This document shows, piece after piece, positions 60,152 through 64,000 of a DNA stretch of 64,000 bases (position 1 is the first letter of the stretch; every line of letters begins with the position of its first letter). The position numbers and the translations under genes were made by a program. Source of the DNA: Candidatus Oxydemutator sp. (GTDB lineage: Bacteria; Pseudomonadota; Gammaproteobacteria; Poriferisulfidales; Oxydemutatoraceae); contig OZ241883.1 in the NCBI GenBank assembly GCA_965203445.1, positions 672,001-736,000 on the forward strand, given 5' to 3'. The notes beneath the pieces were generated by a model that saw only the letters and a list, made by a program, of their open reading frames with translations, did not search any database and was not told where the DNA came from.

Positions 60152-61495
60152 CTATTTGCCGGCCACCGTCATCTCGGAAAGCAGCAGCGAACCGCAGCGG
60201 ATGCGGCCTCTTTCGTCCATATCGTCGCCGGTCTTTACGACGGCCGCGAACATGTCCTTCAGGTTGCCGGCCACGGTGATCTCCTCGACCGGGTGGGCGA
60301 ACGCGCCGTTCTCGACCCAGAAGCCGGCGGCGCCCTGCGAGTAGTCGCCGGTCACCGGGTTGACGCCGGAACCGATCAGTTCGGTCACGACCAAGCCGGT
60401 TCCCATGTCCGCCGCAAGCTCGTCGAAATCGCCGCCGCTGCCGCGCACCGTCAGGTTTCTGACGCCGCCGGCGTTGCCCGTCGTGCGCAGACCGAGGCGC
60501 CGTGCCGAGTAACCGTCGAGCACGTAGCTTTCGAGCACGCCGCGCCGTACAAGCGCGTGCGCGCGGGTGGCGACGCCGTCGAGGTCGAACGGCGCGCTCG
60601 CAAGCCCGCCCTCGATGCGCGGCTCCTCGTCCACGTCCACCGATTGCGGAAAGATCGCCCGTCCCAGCGAGTCCGGCAAAAACGTAGTCTTGCGATAGAG
60701 CGCCGGGCCGCTGACCGCGCCGACGAAACACGCGAACAACGTGCGCGCCATTTCCGGCGTGAACAGCACCGGCGTCTTGCAGCTCTTGATCTTGCGTGCG
60801 CCGAGGCGCCGCGCCGCGCGCACGGCGGCGCGCCGGCCCACCTGCTGCGGCGTCTGTAGCCGCCGCGGACAGCGGTTGACGCTGAACCAGCCGTCGCGCT
60901 GCATCTGCCCGTCGCGTCCGGCGACGACTATGCAGCTCAGGTCGTGGCGGGTGCCGGCGTAGGCGCCGGCGAAGCCGTGGCTGTTGCCGTAACAGTAGAG
61001 CGAGCGCATCGTGCTGACGCCGGCGCCTTCCGAGTTGACTATCTCGGGCACCGCGCGCGCCGCGTCCTCGCATTCGACGGCGAGCGCAATCGCATCGCGC
61101 ACGTCCACCGACCACGGGCGGTCGAGGTCGAGATCAACCGGCGCCGGCAGCATGTCGCCGGCGTCGGCGAGACCGGCGCAATCGTCCTCGCCGACCTCGC
61201 GCGCCGTGGCGCAAGCCGAGCGCACCATTTCAGAGACCGCGGCTTCGCGCAGATCGGACGACGAGGCCGCGCTCTTGCGGTTGCCGAAATACACCGTGCA
61301 CGTGATGTCCCGGTCGTTCTCGTGCTCGAGCGTCTCGACCTCACCCATGCGCACGCTCACGGAAAACCCGCAGCCGCGCCCGACCGCCGCTTCGGCGGCG
61401 CTCGCGCCGGCGCGCCTGGCTTCATCCAGCACGCACTCGATCAGCGCCAGCGCGCTTTGCTCGGCCGCCGCGACGTCGAGGTCGCGCGCGCTCAA
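60152..61495 (-). CDS. pmbA: Metalloprotease subunit PmbA/TldE
   Basis: [67 protein letters not shown]. Its TTG start overlaps the tldD TGA. Confidence 0.96.
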   Translation of the reverse strand: MSARDLDVAAAEQSALALIECVLDEARRAGASAAEAAVGRGCGFSVSVRMGEVETLEHENDRDITCTVYFGNRKSAASSSDLREAAVSEMVRSACATAREVGEDDCAGLADAGDMLPAPVDLDLDRPWSVDVRDAIALAVECEDAARAVPEIVNSEGAGVSTMRSLYCYGNSHGFAGAYAGTRHDLSCIVVAGRDGQMQRDGWFSVNRCPRRLQTPQQVGRRAAVRAARRLGARKIKSCKTPVLFTPEMARTLFACFVGAVSGPALYRKTTFLPDSLGRAIFPQSVDVDEEPRIEGGLASAPFDLDGVATRAHALVRRGVLESYVLDGYSARRLGLRTTGNAGGVRNLTVRGSGGDFDELAADMGTGLVVTELIGSGVNPVTGDYSQGAAGFWVENGAFAHPVEEITVAGNLKDMFAAVVKTGDDMDERGRIRCGSLLLSEMTVAGK

Positions 61496-62931
61496 GCGGT
61501 GCCCCCGACCGTCAACTCGTCCACGCGCATCGTCGGCTGGCCGACGCCGACCGGCACCATCTGCCCGTGTTTGCCGCAGGTACCGATACCGTCGTCGAGC
61601 TTGAGGTCGTTGCCGACCATGGCGACGCGCGTCAACACGTCGGGGCCGTTGCCGATCAGCGACACGTTCTTTACCGGCGCGGTGACCTTGCCGTTCTCGA
61701 TGCGGTACGCCTCGCTGGTCGAAAACACGAACTTGCCGGAGGTGATGTCCACCTGACCGCCGCCGAAGTTGACCGCGTAAATGCCATTGTCCACCGAGCG
61801 GATAATTTCCTCCGGGTCGTAGCCCCCGGCCAACATGTAGGTATTGGTCATGCGCGGCATCGGCAGATGCGCGTACGACTGGCGGCGCCCGTTGCCGGTG
61901 CGCGCCATGCCGAGCAGACGCGCGTTGAGCTTGTCCTGCATGTAGCCCTTGAGCACGCCGTTCTCGATCAGCGTCGTGTACTGCGTCGGTGCGCCCTCGT
62001 CGTCCACGCTGAGCGAACCGCGGCGGTTCGCCAGCGTGCCGTCGTCGACGACGGTTACTCCGTCGCTGGCGACGCGCTCGCCGATACGGTTGCTGAAGGC
62101 CGACGTGCCCTTGCGGCAGAAATCACCTTCGAGGCCGTGGCCGATGGCCTCGTGCAGCAGCACGCCGGGCCAGCCGGGGCCCAGCACGACCGTCATCTCG
62201 CCGGCGGGCGCGGGCACCGCCTCGAGGTTGAGCAGCGCCAGGCGCACGGCCTCGGCGCTCAGGGCCAGGGGGTCGTGGCGTTCGAGCAGCGCGCGATAAT
62301 CGTAGCGTCCGCCGGCACCCGCCGCGCCGCGTTCCTTCAGCGCGCCGTCTTCGGCGACGACGGCGACGTTGAGGCGCACCAGCGGGCGCACGTCGGCGGC
62401 CAGAGTGCCGTCGGCGGCGGCCACCAATACCACTTCGTGCACCCCCACAAGCGACACCATGACCTGTTTTACGCGCGCGTCGGCGCGCCGCGCGGCCGCG
62501 TCCATCGAACGCAGCAACGCGGTCTTTTCCGAGGCTTCCATCAACGCCGCCGGGTCGTTCGCCGGGTAGAGATCGCGCCCGTCGGTCGCGCGCCACGCCC
62601 GCATACGCCCATGTGCGCCGGCGCGCACGATGCCGCGCGCGGCCTTGCCGGCGTCGGTCAACGCCGGCAGCATAATCTCGTCGGAATAGGCGAAGCCGGT
62701 CTTCTCGCCCGCCACCGCGCGCACGCCGACGCCGCGCTCGACGCCGCAACCGGCCTCCTTGACGATGCCGTCCTCGAGCGACCACGACTCGCCGCGGCTG
62801 TGCTGAAAATACAACTCGGCATCGTCCACGCCGGGCGCCATCAGCGACGCCAGCACGTCGCCGATATGGTTTTCGTCCAGCCCCGAGGATTCGAGCAGGT
62901 TTTGTCTTGCGAGATCGAGCGCTTGGGTCAT
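61492..62931 (-). CDS. tldD: Metalloprotease TldD
   Basis: [79 protein letters not shown]. Confidence 0.98.
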   Translation of the reverse strand: MTQALDLARQNLLESSGLDENHIGDVLASLMAPGVDDAELYFQHSRGESWSLEDGIVKEAGCGVERGVGVRAVAGEKTGFAYSDEIMLPALTDAGKAARGIVRAGAHGRMRAWRATDGRDLYPANDPAALMEASEKTALLRSMDAAARRADARVKQVMVSLVGVHEVVLVAAADGTLAADVRPLVRLNVAVVAEDGALKERGAAGAGGRYDYRALLERHDPLALSAEAVRLALLNLEAVPAPAGEMTVVLGPGWPGVLLHEAIGHGLEGDFCRKGTSAFSNRIGERVASDGVTVVDDGTLANRRGSLSVDDEGAPTQYTTLIENGVLKGYMQDKLNARLLGMARTGNGRRQSYAHLPMPRMTNTYMLAGGYDPEEIIRSVDNGIYAVNFGGGQVDITSGKFVFSTSEAYRIENGKVTAPVKNVSLIGNGPDVLTRVAMVGNDLKLDDGIGTCGKHGQMVPVGVGQPTMRVDELTVGGTA

Positions 62932-63015
62932 CGCGGAATTATATCGGGATTCCGGCGGTTCACGCCATTGGTGCGCGGCCCCTTTGCCGGGCGCGTCGCC
63001 GCGCAGCCCGCGTCG

Positions 63016-63444
63016 TCAGCGGGTGCGCGCGCAGATTTCTTCCGGCTGGAAGAAGAACGCGATTTCCCGGGCCGCGGTTTGCGGCGAGTCCGACCCGTGC
63101 ACCGCGTTTTCGTCTATGGTGGAGGCGAAGTCGGCGCGCAGCGTGCCGCGCGCGGCCTTGCGCGGGTCGGTATCGCCCATCAGTTCGCGGTTGCGGCGGA
63201 TCGCGTCCCGGCCTTCCAGCACCTGGACGACGACCGGCCCGGACGTCATGAACGCGACGAGGTCGTCGAAGAACGGACGCTCGCGGTGCACGTCGTAGAA
63301 TGCTTCGGCTTGGCGCCTCGTCAGGTGCAGCATCCTGGCGGCGACGATGCGCAGGCCGGCGGTCTCGAAACGCGCGTTGATCTCGCCGGTCACGTTTTTT
63401 GCGACCGCGTCGGGCTTGAGGATGGACAACGTGCGCTCGGTCAT
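63016..63444 (-). CDS. ndk: Nucleoside diphosphate kinase (142 aa)
   Basis: [44 protein letters not shown]. The true ATG at 63444 overlaps the iscX TGA (ATGA). Confidence 0.98.
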   Translation of the reverse strand: MTERTLSILKPDAVAKNVTGEINARFETAGLRIVAARMLHLTRRQAEAFYDVHRERPFFDDLVAFMTSGPVVVQVLEGRDAIRRNRELMGDTDPRKAARGTLRADFASTIDENAVHGSDSPQTAAREIAFFFQPEEICARTR

Positions 63445-63641
63445 TCCCTTTCCTCCAACCAAGCCATCTGTATGGCCTCCAGGATCCTCTCGCCGGATCG
63501 TTGCGGATCGTCGTCGAATTCGTCGAGCGCGCACACCCACGCGTGGAGGTCGGTAAAGCGCACGTAGCGAGGATCCACGTCCGGGTGGGCCTCGTCGAGC
63601 GCAAGCGCGATTTCCGCGCTGTCGGTCCATCGCAAAGCCAT
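63441..63641 (-). CDS. iscX: Fe-S cluster assembly protein IscX
   Basis: [34 protein letters not shown]...[16 protein letters not shown], directly downstream of fdx. Confidence 0.96.
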   Translation of the reverse strand: MALRWTDSAEIALALDEAHPDVDPRYVRFTDLHAWVCALDEFDDDPQRSGERILEAIQMAWLEERE

Positions 63642-63654
63642 CGTATTCCTCCCG

Positions 63655-63993
63655 TCAGCGGCCTTCGGAAACCAGGTTGATAGTATACTTCGGAATCTCG
63701 ACGACGAGATCGGCGTCGGCCACCTTCGCCTGGCAGCTCAGGCGCGAATCGGGGTCCAGGCCCCATGCCTTGTCGAGATAATCCTCCTCGTTCTCCGACG
63801 GTTCCGCGAGCGAATCAAAGCCCTCGCGCACGTAGACGTGACAGGTCGTGCACGCGCACGACTTCTCGCAGGCGTGTTCGATCTCGATGCCGTTTGCGAG
63901 CGCCGCGTCGCAGATGCTGGTGCCGGGGCTGACCTCGACGGTCTTCGGCCGCGGGCAGATCTCGGGGTGCGCCAGGAAAGTGATTCTGGTCAC
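63655..63993 (-). CDS. fdx: ISC-system 2Fe-2S ferredoxin
   Basis: [49 protein letters not shown]. Confidence 0.97.
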   Translation of the reverse strand: MTRITFLAHPEICPRPKTVEVSPGTSICDAALANGIEIEHACEKSCACTTCHVYVREGFDSLAEPSENEEDYLDKAWGLDPDSRLSCQAKVADADLVVEIPKYTINLVSEGR

Positions 63994-64000
63994 TCGAACT

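Noticed and set aside
4908-60154. Genome-wide TAG reassignment
   Set aside because: pmbA ends at its normal C-terminus with TAG (60152-60154), the gene at 56127 also ends in TAG, and none of the giant ORFs has an internal TAG.
63445-63630. 62-aa N-terminal extension of Ndk in the ORF track
   Set aside because: It overlaps iscX in another frame; canonical Ndk begins at MTERTLS (63444).
60107-63766. Long overlapping ORFs over pmbA, tldD and ndk (e.g. 61567..63567 +, 60135..61115 -)
   Set aside because: Antisense or off-frame shadows of well-recognised housekeeping genes.

Overview
GC-rich, probably gammaproteobacterial DNA; all credible genes are on the minus strand. Bases 1-55.9 kb hold a head-to-tail array of at least four giant, signal-peptide-bearing repeat proteins: A 4326 aa, B 9138 aa, C 3520 aa and D >=1634 aa, which runs off the left edge and is absent from the ORF track. 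They are built from 31 copies of a ~1.4-kb module (Asp-rich Ca-binding cap, Cys pair, GLUG-type beta-solenoid, Calx-beta-like Ig domain), plus 2 divergent copies. The three complete genes end in a shared domain with dockerin-like motifs. The module framework is nearly invariant at DNA level, while one loop and a few residues per solenoid rung are hypervariable, and modules are shuffled between genes. All four ORFs share one reading frame, separated only by TAG + 3 nt + start codon. The right end has a lower-GC tyrosinase remnant and partner gene abutting mpl, a membrane protein, yaaA, an AT-rich orphan gene, pmbA, tldD, ndk, iscX and fdx. Domain calls come from motif recognition, not database searches, and the repeat array carries a misassembly caveat.
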